DNA of 63,998 nucleotides, filler included, from Aduncisulcus paluster (lineage: Eukaryota): NCBI GenBank assembly GCA_024181965.1. It is 16 parts of 16 records of this genome, joined end to end, with 100 filler letters (N's around TTAATTAATTAA, not from the genome) between each part and the next. Parts side by side here need not be neighbours in the genome. Positions count along the whole stretch, not along the records: positions 43,335 to 53,917 come from BQXS01000101.1; positions 54,018 to 56,258 come from BQXS01000102.1; positions 56,359 to 58,419 come from BQXS01000103.1; positions 58,520 to 60,539 come from BQXS01000104.1; 12 more parts are not named here. One strand, given 5' to 3'. Both the position numbers and the translations under genes were made by a program. Shown here one piece after another: positions 47,645-60,639 of the stretch. Numbering within the stretch: position 1 is the stretch's first letter; every line of letters starts with the position of its first letter. The notes below the pieces were generated by a model that saw nothing but the letters and a program-made list of their open reading frames with translations, searched no databases and was not told the DNA's origin.

Positions 47645-50600
47645 ATGAATTTTCAATTTCAAATATATTGTCCGGATGATGGTAGTATGTTATTTTTTCT
47701 TGTTTTTCTTGCCAATGAAAAATGCTTTCTCTAGAGATGTTATCTAACCTATTTTTCAAATATTAGCAAACTTTTCGGAATTTATGGAGATGCTAGAAAC
47801 TGTGATTGGGAAAAATTGCCAATTTTCTTTTATGCACAATCAAAATATTTCTTCCATTTCATTTTATCGGGTAGATAACTTTACAGCACGAAAACTTTCC
47901 ACATCAACAAAGTATACGCCATGTCAATTTTCAAAAAACCCACATGGAGCGATTTTTTTATGTGAAACTGAGAATCATCTTGAGTTTCTAACATCCTTAC
48001 TGGATAATCAATATATTCGGGATATTCAAGTTATTCTTTTCATTATATTAGATAATCCATCTGAAACTGATGGTTTATCTTCGCGTATTTCCACATCTAG
48101 AATTCTTAAACTTAGAAAACTTTCTCTTCCTCGTAGAACTGATATAAAAACTTTTTCCGTTGATTTATCCGGGGAAACTGCGTCATCTAGCATTATTGAA
48201 ATCAAAAAATATGTCAAAAGTAGGATACTCTCCATTATCGACGAGGATGTTGCTGGTGGAAGTCCTATTCCCGAATATTCTGCCGAAGATGACGATAATG
48301 GGAGTGGAATGGTTTCTGATGAGATTAAAACCGTTCCATTTTCTCAAGTGGGACCACAAAAATCTCCTTCTATTCCCACATCTGGAAAACTCTCTCTTCC
48401 AAAATCCCCAAGGACCAAGGATATACTCTTGCAAAAAGACCAATCGAGAGGAGAGATTGGTCAAAGAATTGAATCTCCACATTCTCCATCTGTGCGACAA
48501 GATATTAGAGCTTCAAGGGAATCTATTGATCTATCTCATGGTAGAGTTTGTGATAAAGAAGATGATGAAACGGAAGAAAGCAGCAAATTTGAACCCCAGG
48601 AGCAGGTTATTGATGAGATTATCTCGAAATCTCCGTGTGGTCGGCCATCGTCTCGTCCTTATGTTGAGCGCCAAAGACGTTCGCAGGAAGAGCGAATGCG
48701 GAAACAGTTGGAACAATCATGGGTCAAACGCTGGAAAAAACACAAGCACCGTGAATTTCTTGAGACCTTGCATAATCCAGAAATGCAGAATGTCTCATTT
48801 GATGGTCCAAAGGATTCACATGTATTCTGGAGACACACAATGAGCAGTGAGATCAGAAATGAAGCCATTAAGCAGGAAAATAAGTGGAGATCGGAGAGGG
48901 GTGTTGTATTTCCAAGTATGAGTCAGTCTATGGTTCTAGAATGGAACTATCTTGCTCGAAGCTCTCTTATGAGACAATGGGATGAGGAGGAAAGAATTAT
49001 TCGTGATAAAGAGGTTCAAAAGGATCTTGAGTCAGGGTCTGTGCCCAAGGAATCCACTCCAACCATCGTTCGCTCTTCTCCTCAGCTTTACCAACCTCCT
49101 CAAGCATCACCTCAAAAATGGGGGGAAGATACTGTGACATTGCAGGCTGGGTGTGTTGGCTATGATATGAAGAGAAAGTTGAGTGATTCTGAGCTTGCAA
49201 GAAGGCATCAGGAAAATATGAAAGATCCTCATTATCGTCGTTTAGTAAGGTTGAAGGAAGAGAGATTAAAAGCATCTGAAAAGGAGAAGAAAGAAGCTCA
49301 ACAATATAGACAAAAACGGTTAATAGATATGGGTTATGGGCCCTATATTAGTCCATCTTTATTCATATCTGGACAAGAAGATGATGATCTTTCCCCATCT
49401 AGCGGTCGGAATCTTTCATTCACAGCCACAAATGGAGGAAGTGGATGTGAAGATCAGCATGGAAAACAACACTTGAAACGTGTTGACAGTAGCATTAGAG
49501 TTGGTGGTAGTGTACTTCAGATGACATCCTCACGTGATGATCTAAATTTAGATCTTCATGCTTCTCACTCCTCTCTTCTTTCCTCACATCGTCACTCTTC
49601 AGAACAGAAGGGACCAAGGCATGGAAAGAAGAAGAGAGATTCCGAGGCTGAGGGAAGGAAAGTTATTTGTGAAATCAAGCAAGAAGATCATGAAGAAGAG
49701 AAACACCATGAACTAACTTCCACTTCCGAGAGAGTTGAAATTGAGGAGCCTAAATACTTACCGTCTGATGTTCATCAACGGCATGGTTCTTCTTTTGACG
49801 ACAAAGCAGATATCTCTCTTCATGTTCATTCAAAAATACTTGGAGAACCCTTGAAATATTCAGCAGATTCATCACATATTCATATTGGTGTCTCCAGTCA
49901 AGCTCCTTCAGATGAGATATCGACTCAACTTTCTCAAATGTCTAAAATTATCGAGGAGCAAAAGAAGCGTATTGCCAGATTGGAGGAAGAAGAGAAGAAG
50001 AGAGTATCTGAACAACGAGAAGTCCACGGAATTTCTGAAGATACCAAGTCAATTGATGTCAAGAAAGAAAAAGAAGGCGAAAAGGGAGAAATAGAACAAG
50101 AATTATCTCAGCAAACAACTTCGGAGAAGAAAGGAGATATAAATAGCACCGGTGATACTTCTGAGAAAGTTCCTCCTGTTGTTCGTGATGGAGATGTCGT
50201 CAATAACGAGTCTGTTCGGAGTGAGATTTCACGTGAAGAAGTCAGGAAAACTGAGATTGCCGGAAAAGATCAACCTCAAACCGATGCTACAACAAGACAA
50301 CAACAAGAGTATCTCACTCTTCGGCTGGCTCTGTGACATCCCATGTCTTCTCNNNNNNNNNNNNNNNNNNNNCAAGAGGAGTTATTTTTAGCTCAACTTA
50401 GCGCGCAACTTTTATCGTCTCTCCAACCTTCATTATCCACTCTTCCACAACAGCAACAAAGCATAGGTCTTCTTGGTCCTGCTTCTGCTGCTCTCCAAAC
50501 ATCATCTTTTCCTGCCCCACCGCTGGCCTCTCTGCCTCTCCCGTCATCGATATCACCTAGCACCATGACTGCACTGCTCCAGCAACAGAGAATTGCGCAA

Positions 50601-51302
50601 CTCCAACTTGATTTGCGCGCGCAACAGGAAAGGGAGAGAAAAGAGCGGGAGCGTGAAGAAAGAGAGAGAGAGCGTGATCGTCTTGAACGCCATCAGGAGA
50701 GAATGGAACGCAACACTGTTCTTATGATGAGAAACATGAATGGAATTACACAACAAATGTATGGAACAACTGGACACGTGTCTCCTTCACATCTTCAGAG
50801 TTCTGCTTCCGGGGGATATCCCGTCATGACACCTCAATCTGGGCCCAGAAAATCTTTTCTACAGAGAGATGAGAGTGTAACCATGGCTGAGTTTGGTTGT
50901 GTTGATACTGGGTCTGTTCTTCAGCGTTCTCATGAGCATGTTCCACGTCACTCTTTCTCTTCGCTCAAACGATCATCAAGACGTGGAAGTGAAATTTATG
51001 AAAGAAATGCATCGACAGAAACAGCTCACTCTCTTGTGTCCACTGGTGTTCCACAATCTTCTTCTCAAACCTTCATGTCATCACCCTCGAAAGTTCCTCC
51101 TCCACTCAAGAAGAAATCTATGAGTTCTAGTATTGTTGACGGCAGTCCCACCCCTGCTTTGACTCCATTTGCCAAAAGAAGGGCTTTGAAAACTGTGAAC
51201 GTTGTCACTGTTGAGAAGAAATTGGAGACAACTGGTGAAGATCATGAATTGTCTGTTCCCATTGAATCTTCGAGGGATGATTCTTCTTCTCATTTTGAAT
51301 GA
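47645..51302 (+). CDS. Hypothetical coiled-coil/low-complexity protein; exon 47645-47684, intron 47685-47766, then ORF 47784..50336 continuing after gap 50353-50372
   Basis: GTATGT donor, CTAAC branch-like motif and TTAG acceptor give MNFQFQIYCPDDGTNFSEFMEML in frame. Confidence 0.65.
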
Positions 51303-52165
51303 TCCCCAATTTGTTATTTTTTTTGAATTATCTATTTTTTTTATTGTAAAATATATCTGCATATCCTATCTTCAGGAATGCAATAATTTTTATTTTAATT
51401 TGATCTTTGTTTTTTTTTTTTTTTTTTCTGTGGGAGGTTTGTTTTTATTCCTTTTCTTTCTTCGTCTTTCGCCAAATTTTGTATTTTTTAGTTTTATTTA
51501 TATTTATTATTATCATGAAATAATTGGGGTGAATATTTCTCAAATCACTTTATTTTAAGATTGCAAAGGTAGATAATTAAATTTCTTACATTATTCTTCT
51601 GATTCATCATGGGGTGATATTGTTCGTATCCATCGAATGTTACAATGATATTGTTTTTGTAGATCATTGTGCATGTTTCATTTCATTTTATAGATCATCA
51701 CGTGGTTTGTTGGAAATCCTTTATATATATATATATATATTGATATATTGATATGTATCATATATATTGATATATATGTAGTATTACGATGATTAATGAA
51801 TCATTGGTCAGGAAATGCATTTATCTGAGAAATAGCCATTGTTTGTTTCTTTGTACTTTGACAAAAAAGTCCAATAGTAAATTTAGATTTTAAATCTCAG
51901 GATGCAAAATCAGTGAAAGTGAATTCTGGAATTTTCAAAGTTTCTTTCTTGGAAATTTGATAAAATCCTTCTTTAAAACTGTTAAATATGCAGTTTTAAT
52001 GACATTTTAGAAATGATAATTCTAAAAATAGATTTTCTAAAAATAGAAATCAAGGAATTACTTCAATTGAAATCATCACGCATTTTTAAACACAATGGTT
52101 CAATGATGATATATTTGAGAGAGATTTGAGAAATAAGGCTTCGTTATTGTCATAAAATATATGAA

Positions 52166-53740
52166 TCATAATTCAATAATCTGTTGAGAAGGTTGTTTTT
52201 GTTTATCATCAGAACAATCAATATATTCCATTATTCCTCGTCTTTTTCCAGTTTTGAGAGTTTCGCCACGATGTTTCTTCTTCCATTTCTTTCTTTCTTC
52301 CCATCTCATTTTCAGTTCTTCTTCCAGAAATTTGGCTTCCTTCTCTGTCGAAACAATCGAACTTTTGACTTTACACTTCAATCCAAACAATAAATCACAT
52401 ACAGCATCAAGCTCAAAGGGGGCATTATGTTCGCTATACGAGAAATTGAGCTGATAGAGAGGTATATCGGTGTGGGTTTGCTTGTGACCTTTTCTGATCA
52501 TTCGAATAACATCGAATACCCACTTAAAATCATCTTTATCGTCAAATTTTTCTTCCCAACCACGTGGCAAAGTTGCCTCATACTGTTTACAAATTTCACT
52601 ATAAATAGCTTTTCTTCTCAATTTCTTCCTTTCTTTCTCTTCCTCTTCTTCATCTCTTCCTCTCCTTTTACCATCAGGAGATCCCTGGTTGGCTCGCTGA
52701 TCTTTAGAGGAAGAAGAGGAAAAATTTGGACCACCGGTTCCAGCCGACCACCCACCGCCCGGTGTCACTGCCATCCACCCTGTTCCCATGACACTTACAA
52801 CACGCTGATAGCCCTGTTTATGCGCCAGGAGAAGCGTGCTTGTCAAGGATGGAGGAGATACGGATTGGAATGGTACTATTCGGACACGAGGAATTGAATC
52901 GGGGGCCGATCGTTGGCTTAAAGTATTTTCCAAGGATGAGGTTGGGTCGGATGATACTAATTTCTTTATATATTCACTTGGAGTATGAAATCCAAGTTTG
53001 GTATGAGCATATTCTTCTTCCTCAGAACATTTTGGGGTTGATTCTATTTTTAGAGCCATTTTCTGGTATGATCCATAAATAGAACATTCAGACCAATCAA
53101 ATTTACCCCTCTTTTGTTCGAATTCAAAGTGTTTTTGTGGGAAAGGAATATCCTCAATCGTCACAGAATATGACTGCTTTTTATCAGATTTCTTATGTTC
53201 TTTTGCACAAAGTCTGCTTCTTCTAATCATAATTGGACAAGATTTTGGGGAAGATTGATACGAGGAAGATGAAGAAGAAGAGGAAGATGAAGAGGAGGAG
53301 GAGGAGGAAGATGCAATTGGGGAGCCAAATACGAGAGATGGTTTCGATTTAGTTGAAAATCTATCTGAAATCATTTTCATAACTACTTTATCATCATTTA
53401 ACGAATTTTCTTCTTCTTCACCTTCTTCCTCCTCTTCCTTCTTTTCTCCAACATCTTCTTCTTCGCCTTCCTTCATACTTCTTATACTTATAGAATGTGA
53501 AGATTGAGTGGAAATATCTTCTATTTCTATTTTGGATGGATTACACATTGAAAGTTCTTCGATCAGAGCATTTCGACGCTCGGAATCCCAGACTCCAACT
53601 TTTTCACCCAATCTCTCTGCTATATGAACGGCAATGCACTCTTTTCCGAGCGAATATGAAGGAGTTAGGATAAGAGTATCAGGTGAGGAAAGAAGAGAGC
53701 AGAAAGAGAGCAGAGTCCGCGAGGCAGGGGGGAGACGAGA
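52166..53740 (-). CDS. SNM1/DCLRE1-family (metallo-beta-lactamase/beta-CASP) DNA-repair nuclease, C-terminal part
   Basis: Frame open upstream of the listed ORF: LILTPSYSLGKE; then GTGW and FSYSEHNAPFEL (DRMBL motifs). Confidence 0.8.
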   Translation of the reverse strand, partial: SRLPPASRTLLSFCSLLSSPDTLILTPSYSLGKECIAVHIAERLGEKVGVWDSERRNALIEELSMCNPSKIEIEDISTQSSHSISIRSMKEGEEEDVGEKKEEEEEGEEEENSLNDDKVVMKMISDRFSTKSKPSLVFGSPIASSSSSSSSSSSSSSSSSYQSSPKSCPIMIRRSRLCAKEHKKSDKKQSYSVTIEDIPFPQKHFEFEQKRGKFDWSECSIYGSYQKMALKIESTPKCSEEEEYAHTKLGFHTPSEYIKKLVSSDPTSSLENTLSQRSAPDSIPRVRIVPFQSVSPPSLTSTLLLAHKQGYQRVVSVMGTGWMAVTPGGGWSAGTGGPNFSSSSSKDQRANQGSPDGKRRGRDEEEEEKERKKLRRKAIYSEICKQYEATLPRGWEEKFDDKDDFKWVFDVIRMIRKGHKQTHTDIPLYQLNFSYSEHNAPFELDAVCDLLFGLKCKVKSSIVSTEKEAKFLEEELKMRWEERKKWKKKHRGETLKTGKRRGIMEYIDCSDDKQKQPSQQIIEL

Positions 53741-54017
53741 GAGGAAGATGAAGAAGAAGAGGAAGATGAAGAGGAGGAGGAGGAGGAAGATGCAATTGGG
53801 GAGCCAAATACGAGAGATGGTTTCGATTTAGTTGAAAATCTATCTGAAATCATTTTCATAACTACTTTATCATCATTTAACGAATTTTCTTCTTCTTCAC
53901 CTTCTTCCTCCTCTTCCNNNNNNNNNNNNNNNNNNNNNNNNNNNNNNNNNNNNNNNNNNNNTTAATTAATTAANNNNNNNNNNNNNNNNNNNNNNNNNNN
54001 NNNNNNNNNNNNNNNNN

Positions 54018-54269
54018 GTTAAGAACATTTACGAACGATTTCAATGCTATTCAATAACATGGATATATTTCCATTTCATTTCTATCCTTATCCTTGCCTT
54101 TCTGTTCATTTTCACTTGGTTTTGCTTACAATCAAAAATATCAAGAACTCGGAATACGATGGTATACATGTGTATGTATACTTCTACGAATCTAATCCCC
54201 TGATGCTTCATGGAACATGACATTTCTTCCTCCCCAACTCCAACTCCAACTCCAATGCCAGATCCTGAT
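54018..54269. repeat. Dispersed non-coding repeat (copy 2)
   Basis: Matches 223-492. Confidence 0.85.
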
Positions 54270-54404
54270 CATCCAATACTGAGCTTTGCGCTATTTCACC
54301 CTAGATTGACAACGTGGCAATCATGGAAAGTGATATCGTTAGTTTTGAATCCGCTCCAACTCCAATTCCAACTCCAACTCTATATCCAATGCCAATTCCT
54401 GATT

Positions 54405-54578
54405 ATCAGTGGTTGGGATGAAGCCTTTCTTACATTAAGTGTTGGTGAAAGAGCCACGATTGTAATCAAATCGATCCTGATTATGGTTATGGTGCCCATG
54501 TCACAGGCCGTGGAGCTGGCGATTCCACCTGATTCCACTCTCATATTTGATGTTGAATTATTAGGAATCAAGAAATAA
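54405..54578 (+). pseudogene. FKBP-type peptidyl-prolyl isomerase 3' fragment, rearranged
   Basis: ISGWDEAFLTLSVGERATIVI...IPPDSTLIFDVELLGIK; DPDYGYG lies in a shifted frame; N-terminal half absent. Confidence 0.85.
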
Positions 54579-54806
54579 CGCCTGAAAAGAACAAACGAAT
54601 TGATTTTATTGGTTTTTAGATTTATTTTCTCTTGCTCAGAAATCAAAGTTCTCAAAACCAGTTTGAGAATCTCTTTCCAAGACAATACATTGAATGCATT
54701 GCATTCGACTTCTGTTTCCAACTCATAGGCCGTATGACATAGGGATTTTGTCCAACAATCTAGAATAAAGACCCCGAAATATAAACAGGCACTTTTTTTT
54801 GATTCT

Positions 54807-55898
54807 TCACACAATATCAGCTGCAATGGTTTTCCTTGTTTCCTCTGACATAGTAAATACAAGGGAGTGGATGCAGAAATATCGATTATTATTCCCAAAC
54901 CACCTTCCTTTCCCTTCAATCTCACACGATACAATATTATCCAAATCAATAGGAAGGAAGTGCCATTCATATCTATGTTCAGGTCTTGAAAATTCATACT
55001 TCTTGAATGTCTTCTTACCATCACAATCAGTGAAAGTGAAGAGAAGAGAGGGTGAACTGCAATTCTCATCCACACAGATATAGGCACCCTTCATTGGACT
55101 AGGTGGTGGGAAAGGGATGGAAAGATGGGAGAAGTAAACACTACATTCTCCTTTTAACATCCTTTGTGCTTCTGAACTCTGATCATACTCCTTAGATTCC
55201 CTACTAAACGAATCATCCTTGCACTTAACCATTGAGAATGAAGGATCTACAAACTTTGGATCATCTCGTGGAATGGGAATAGAATCTCTACCATAAGATT
55301 CTTCATCTCCTTCCTTAACAAACTCTGGTTTCACAACTGGAGTTTCAGACCATAGTTTCTCTCTGGCTTCACGAGATGTGATTTCTTCAGGGGTTTCATC
55401 TCTAATGAAAACGAGGGAATCGATTCCAAACCACTCTTTCTTTCTTCCTTTCCCTGTAATCTCACACAGAACAACATCAGGGAGATCAACAGGAAGGAAA
55501 TACCAATTCCCACTTTCAAATTCAGGAAAGTCGTATTTCTTGGATGTTTTCTCACCCTTTGAAGATGTGAGAGTGAAGAAAATGTGTGATGGAGGTGAAG
55601 AATAGATAAATAGACATATATAAGCCCCCTTCATTGGGAAAGATGAAGAGAAAGGAATGGAGATATGGGTAAAGAGTCCATTATTCGACTCTCCTTTCAT
55701 CATATATTGTGCTTCAGAAGTCTGGTCATACTTTGTTGTTTTCACAAACAGTATTTTCTTGGTTTGGTCCTTTGCTTTCAAAAAATCAAACTCTGCACTC
55801 TTAATATTGGGGGAATCTCTAGGAATTGGACTGCAACCCTCATCTCCTTCATGAACAAACTGAGGCTCCACAGTTTGAATCACAGGGGATGAAGTCAT
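54807..55898 (-). CDS. Protein with two tandem lineage-expanded beta-sandwich domains
   Basis: Duplicated P.FV.EGD...PIPRD...SIPF...MKGAYIC...KKY.F...W.FLP.DL...CEI.GKG...I.SLVF. Confidence 0.85.
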   Translation of the reverse strand: MTSSPVIQTVEPQFVHEGDEGCSPIPRDSPNIKSAEFDFLKAKDQTKKILFVKTTKYDQTSEAQYMMKGESNNGLFTHISIPFSSSFPMKGAYICLFIYSSPPSHIFFTLTSSKGEKTSKKYDFPEFESGNWYFLPVDLPDVVLCEITGKGRKKEWFGIDSLVFIRDETPEEITSREAREKLWSETPVVKPEFVKEGDEESYGRDSIPIPRDDPKFVDPSFSMVKCKDDSFSRESKEYDQSSEAQRMLKGECSVYFSHLSIPFPPPSPMKGAYICVDENCSSPSLLFTFTDCDGKKTFKKYEFSRPEHRYEWHFLPIDLDNIVSCEIEGKGRWFGNNNRYFCIHSLVFTMSEETRKTIAADIV

Positions 55899-56008
55899 TT
55901 GAATAGAATATAGAATTTCTTATCTAAAAAATAAAACCAAACAGAAAATTAATAGTATTTGTGAACAAACAGAATAATTGCGAATTTCAAGGAGAACAGT
56001 CCGAGAAA

Positions 56009-56055
56009 CAAAGACAAAACGAACAAAACGAACAAAACGAACAAAACGAACAAGA
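56009..56055. repeat. (ACAAAACGA)n short tandem repeat
   Basis: About 4 copies visible. Confidence 0.8.
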
Positions 56056-56358
56056 CACGACCACACAGCACAATATAGTGAGTATAATTGAATGGATCCG
56101 GTTAAAATATTTCTTAATGTACATTTAATAAAAGATGCGACATATAGTAAACATACGATTTGCTCTAAAAGCGGGAAAAGATGGCCACCAAACTTACAAC
56201 TCTCAATTGACAACCTTTGAAATTGATATCGCATAATATATACATAAAAATATATGAANNNNNNNNNNNNNNNNNNNNNNNNNNNNNNNNNNNNNNNNNN
56301 NNTTAATTAATTAANNNNNNNNNNNNNNNNNNNNNNNNNNNNNNNNNNNNNNNNNNNN

Positions 56359-58419
56359 GTAACAAGCGTATCGACACACGATGGGGCAGAAGAGACAGAT
56401 TGTGAAGCATCGAGGGAAACACATGTCGGTGGATCAGACGAAGAAGAGTTATAATCACGATAACTGAACAGGGCACACTCGACCTGATACTCATCCGTCC
56501 ACACTTCACGACACACGACATTGTCCGACGGTGTCATGGAAGACAGAGCTTCGGAACAGTGTGCACAATACGACGAATCTTGGTCAATCAAAGAATCACT
56601 GCTACCCACATTCACGGAGAGAGCTGGCGAAAGAGGGAACAGTGCAGCATACACAGTGTCGGACACATTGCACAGCTTGTTATCACGCACGTCAAGCGAA
56701 GACAGACCAGAGATCGGGAACAAGAGCGAGATGTCTGTGAGACCATTCGAACGGATGGACAGGGTGGACAATGCAGGGAACATGCTCAGCGAACGCAAGG
56801 AAGTGTTACACAATCCAACAGAATCAAGGGTTAATGTCGTCAGAGATGGCAAGGAGGACAATGTTGTCAGGGAGGAAGACATGGTCGTGGATAAGGGGTT
56901 GTTGCTGAGGTTCAGAATGGACAAATCATTCATGGATGAAAGGAAAGAGATGTCTGAGATATTGTTGTAATGAAGATATAAATCTGTTAATCCGTACATT
57001 CCAGCTAATGGTGAAATATCTGAGATATTGTTGTCGTAGATTGATAAATTGGTAAGATCCTTCAAATTGGAGAGAGACATAATTGAAGATATTTCATTAG
57101 ATCCAAGATCAAGATATTTGAGCTTAGTCATGTTGCTGAGAGATGAAATATCTGAGAAATTGTTTCCTTGCAATCTAAGATCGATAAGATTCTCCATTTT
57201 AAAAAGAGCAGAGATATCTGAGATATTATTTATATAGAGATACAACTCAACAAGATCTAACATTTTAGATAAAGGGGAAATATTTGAAATGTTATTATAT
57301 TGAAGTCTAAGCTCTTCAAGATTAACTAAACCAGAGAGAGAAGAGATATCTGAGATATTGTTTTCGTAGAGATATAAAGAAATGAGATCGGATTTTCCTT
57401 CAAACACAGTGATATTTGTAATATTATTGTTGTTAAGATACAAATATTTGAGATCAGACATTTCGGATAATGAATTGATTGATGATATTTCATTTGCTGC
57501 AAGATGTAGATATGTTAACTTTTTCATTCTATTCAAATGGGAAATATCAGAAATATTGTTGTTTTGGAGCTGCAAAGTCACTAAATCTTCAATCTCTGAT
57601 AAAGGAGATATATCTGAAACAGCATTATTATAGACTTCTAAACTTATCAGTTTTTTCATATTGTAGAGAGGGGTTATTGATGAAATTTGATTATATCCGA
57701 GATTGAGAAAAGTTAAATTGGTCAGGTTTATAAGAGGCGAAATATCGGAAATTTCATTATAGTAAAGATACAAATACTGCAATTCCACCAATCTTTCTAG
57801 AGGGGTAATAGTAGAAATTTTGTTATATCCAATATTTAAATATGTTAAGTGAACTAAATTCTGCAAGGAGCTCACATCAGAAACATCATTTTCCCATATA
57901 CTCAATACGTTCAAATTCACCATCCCAGATAGAGGTGAGAGATCTGAGATACCATTTACATTTAGTGTCAACTCAACAAGCTGCTCCTCAACACCACTCA
58001 AAGAACCAAGAACAATGTGAGAATCAGTCAGACCAGTGTTTCTCAGATCAAGCTTCGTCAACATCGTGAATGCGGATAAAGACACATCCTCAGATAATGC
58101 AATGTTCTGCAGATACAACGTGGATAGGGAAGACGTTGGAAGATACCCAATCTCTGTCGAGTCAATCTCAAGGTCAGATGTGGATGTGCCATCGATGGTG
58201 AGTGATGCAAGTTCTGTAGCACAAGACAATCCCTCGAAGGTGTCAACAGAGGATGCACTTAGAGTTGTCAACGACAGCATGTCAATGTTGGTTATGGTGG
58301 GACAATCGCCAGAGAGAATGAGAGACGCAACGAGAGCAGAACACACAGCAGCTCGAAGGTTTGCATCGGGGATTAAAACATCATGGTATTCACAATCATC
58401 GCCATACCAATCTTCAATA
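56359..58419 (-). CDS. Internalin-like LRR protein (fragment) with Cys-rich cap
   Basis: About 17 22-aa LxxLxLxxNxISDISPL repeats; VCREVW...VEC cap. Confidence 0.93.
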
Positions 58420-58519
58420 NNNNNNNNNNNNNNNNNNNNNNNNNNNNNNNNNNNNNNNNNNNNTTAATTAATTAANNNNNNNNNNNNNNNNNNNNNNNNN
58501 NNNNNNNNNNNNNNNNNNN

Positions 58520-59711
58520 GCTCGAGGAACAGAGAGCACAGAGAGAGAGAGGCAAGGATTGAGTATGACATGGATAATTCCCTCAGAAGTTGGCATATGG
58601 AGTGCATGTGAGAGAGTATCTGGACTCTGTGGTATGTATGCAGCCACCATAGTTCTGTATAACATGCAAGAACAAAGGATACAGTCGATGAGGGATCATC
58701 ACCTGTTACAGTGGAGGGATCATCCATGAAATCTATGCTCTCCGCATCCTCGTTGCACATGAACGATACAAATTTACCAACTGATCTGGCACTATGCTTG
58801 GCACAGAGTTCTGTGGAATCATTGAAATGAGAAAGAACTTGGAGAACGACAGGCTTGAGGGTGGCCATCGGTTGTGAGGGTGATAGATCAGATAAGGACA
58901 CAGCAGGGGATAGCTGGGAAGAGAGAGAATGCCGGGAAAGATGTCCAGGAGTTAGTTTCATTTCATGAGAGAGTTTAACAGCAGTCGATTTACAATGCCT
59001 CTCAAGAGTAGAAAATCTATCACAAATGGCACCACAAAACTCATCAATTTTTGATTTTGAGGATAGTTTGACCATATCTTCAAGGAAAATAATATCTTCT
59101 GAATAAATATGATCAGGGGGAGGAAGAGGAGGAGGTGTGGCGGTATTTTTATGAATTTCATTCCATATCTGCTCAATTAGAATCTTATCATCAGTTTCTT
59201 GGGTTTTAATATCACAAAGAAAGGCGAATAGAGAGATAATGCATTTGTCACAGCTCTTTCGTACAGCAATAGCTCTATCCTCTGCTTTTTTAATTGATTC
59301 TTCACTCAACAATGAAAATACTGAACGTGCATCCTGTAAATGACCCACTAAGGCCATTGAAGAGGGCTTGAACTCTGACTCAGGAGCGGGGGTAGGATAG
59401 ACGAGTTGGAATTGATCTTTGGACTCTCGAATAGGAGATAGAAATGGGTCTGGAGAAGAATCTAGAAAAGATTTATCCCCATGAAACACTCTAAGAGAAA
59501 GAGGAGAGAGTGGAGTAGTTGACACAGAATCACCAAAAGCAAAAACACCAAAAACGGACCTCTCGATATCTTTTTTGTTGGGTAAATCCCCAAGGACATG
59601 TGATTGAATTTCATATTCAGGCAATGCTGGCAATCGAAGCTGCTTTCTTGATCGCCTAAACCGAACTCGTGATAATAGGCGACATAGAGATGAAAGATCA
59701 ACTGAAAGCAT
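58520..59711 (-). CDS. Hypothetical protein (3' truncated)
   Basis: About 400-aa ORF, no recognised motif. Confidence 0.6.
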
Positions 59712-60191
59712 AACTATATCAAACTAAAAAGAAATTATAAAAAACGAAAAGCGTTAGATTGTTTCTAGTATGACTCAAATGTTTCTTCGACGGTGACTCC
59801 TTGGGAGTGGTATTATATTCATCTTATTGAAACCATTACGATCATAAATAACTTGAATAAATTTCATTTTGATTTTCGTAATAATGAATAATGAAGAAGG
59901 AAACTTATCACCGAAACGGTTTCGTTTGCTGTAGTTTAGGAAGCCTTCCTAAATAAATGAGTCATTTGAAATGAAAAATAATATGAAAAGAACGAACTTT
60001 ATTTTATACTATGGGAGGAATTTAGCTGTTTGAGAACCATAAATCAACTCTTTATTTATATGACGGCAAGCTCTGCTTTGTGCGAAAAGAAATAAACAAC
60101 TACTTCCTTTTGATAAGTAATATTTTGCTATATAAATTTTTCTTTCAGAAAAACTTCAGTTTTTGGTTTAAAACAGAGGTCTCCAGACACG

Positions 60192-60539
60192 TCATACAGG
60201 CGGTCTGGGATCAGTTTCCAAAGTCTTCATTTCATAATCCTTGAGACAGCACAGCTCTCTGCGACATAATGCACATCCGAGCCGGACCAGGAGTCTTTCT
60301 TTCCACCTCCTGCTCCTCTCACTCCTAGAGTCCCCAGGCGTGTTGAAATCAGATGCTTGCATTGCGATTCCATGAATGAATTTCAGAGCATAAGTGCCCA
60401 TGAACCCGTTTGATAACACAGCGAAAGGTTTAATTGGTAAATGCCGAAGGTCAGCATAGCTGCAATTAACAAACATTGAGTTTAATTCATCCGTAGACAT
60501 CTTTTCCGCACTTCGGGGATTATCCCGAGTGGGATATAT
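60192..60539 (-). mobile_element. 3' remnant of CRE-like non-LTR retrotransposon RLE domain
   Basis: YADL...IKPFAVLSNGFMG..AL.F...RWKERLLVRLGCALCR, similar to the end of 42374-43234. Confidence 0.55.
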
Positions 60540-60639
60540 NNNNNNNNNNNNNNNNNNNNNNNNNNNNNNNNNNNNNNNNNNNNTTAATTAATTAANNNNN
60601 NNNNNNNNNNNNNNNNNNNNNNNNNNNNNNNNNNNNNNN

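Noticed and set aside
50310-50352. 43-nt copy of 45932-45974 that terminates the 850-aa ORF
   Set aside because: Sits directly against a gap; a misassembled fragment, so the stop at 50336 is probably false
53741-53917. Second copy of 53263-53440
   Set aside because: Contig-end misjoin through a GAA/GAG low-complexity tract
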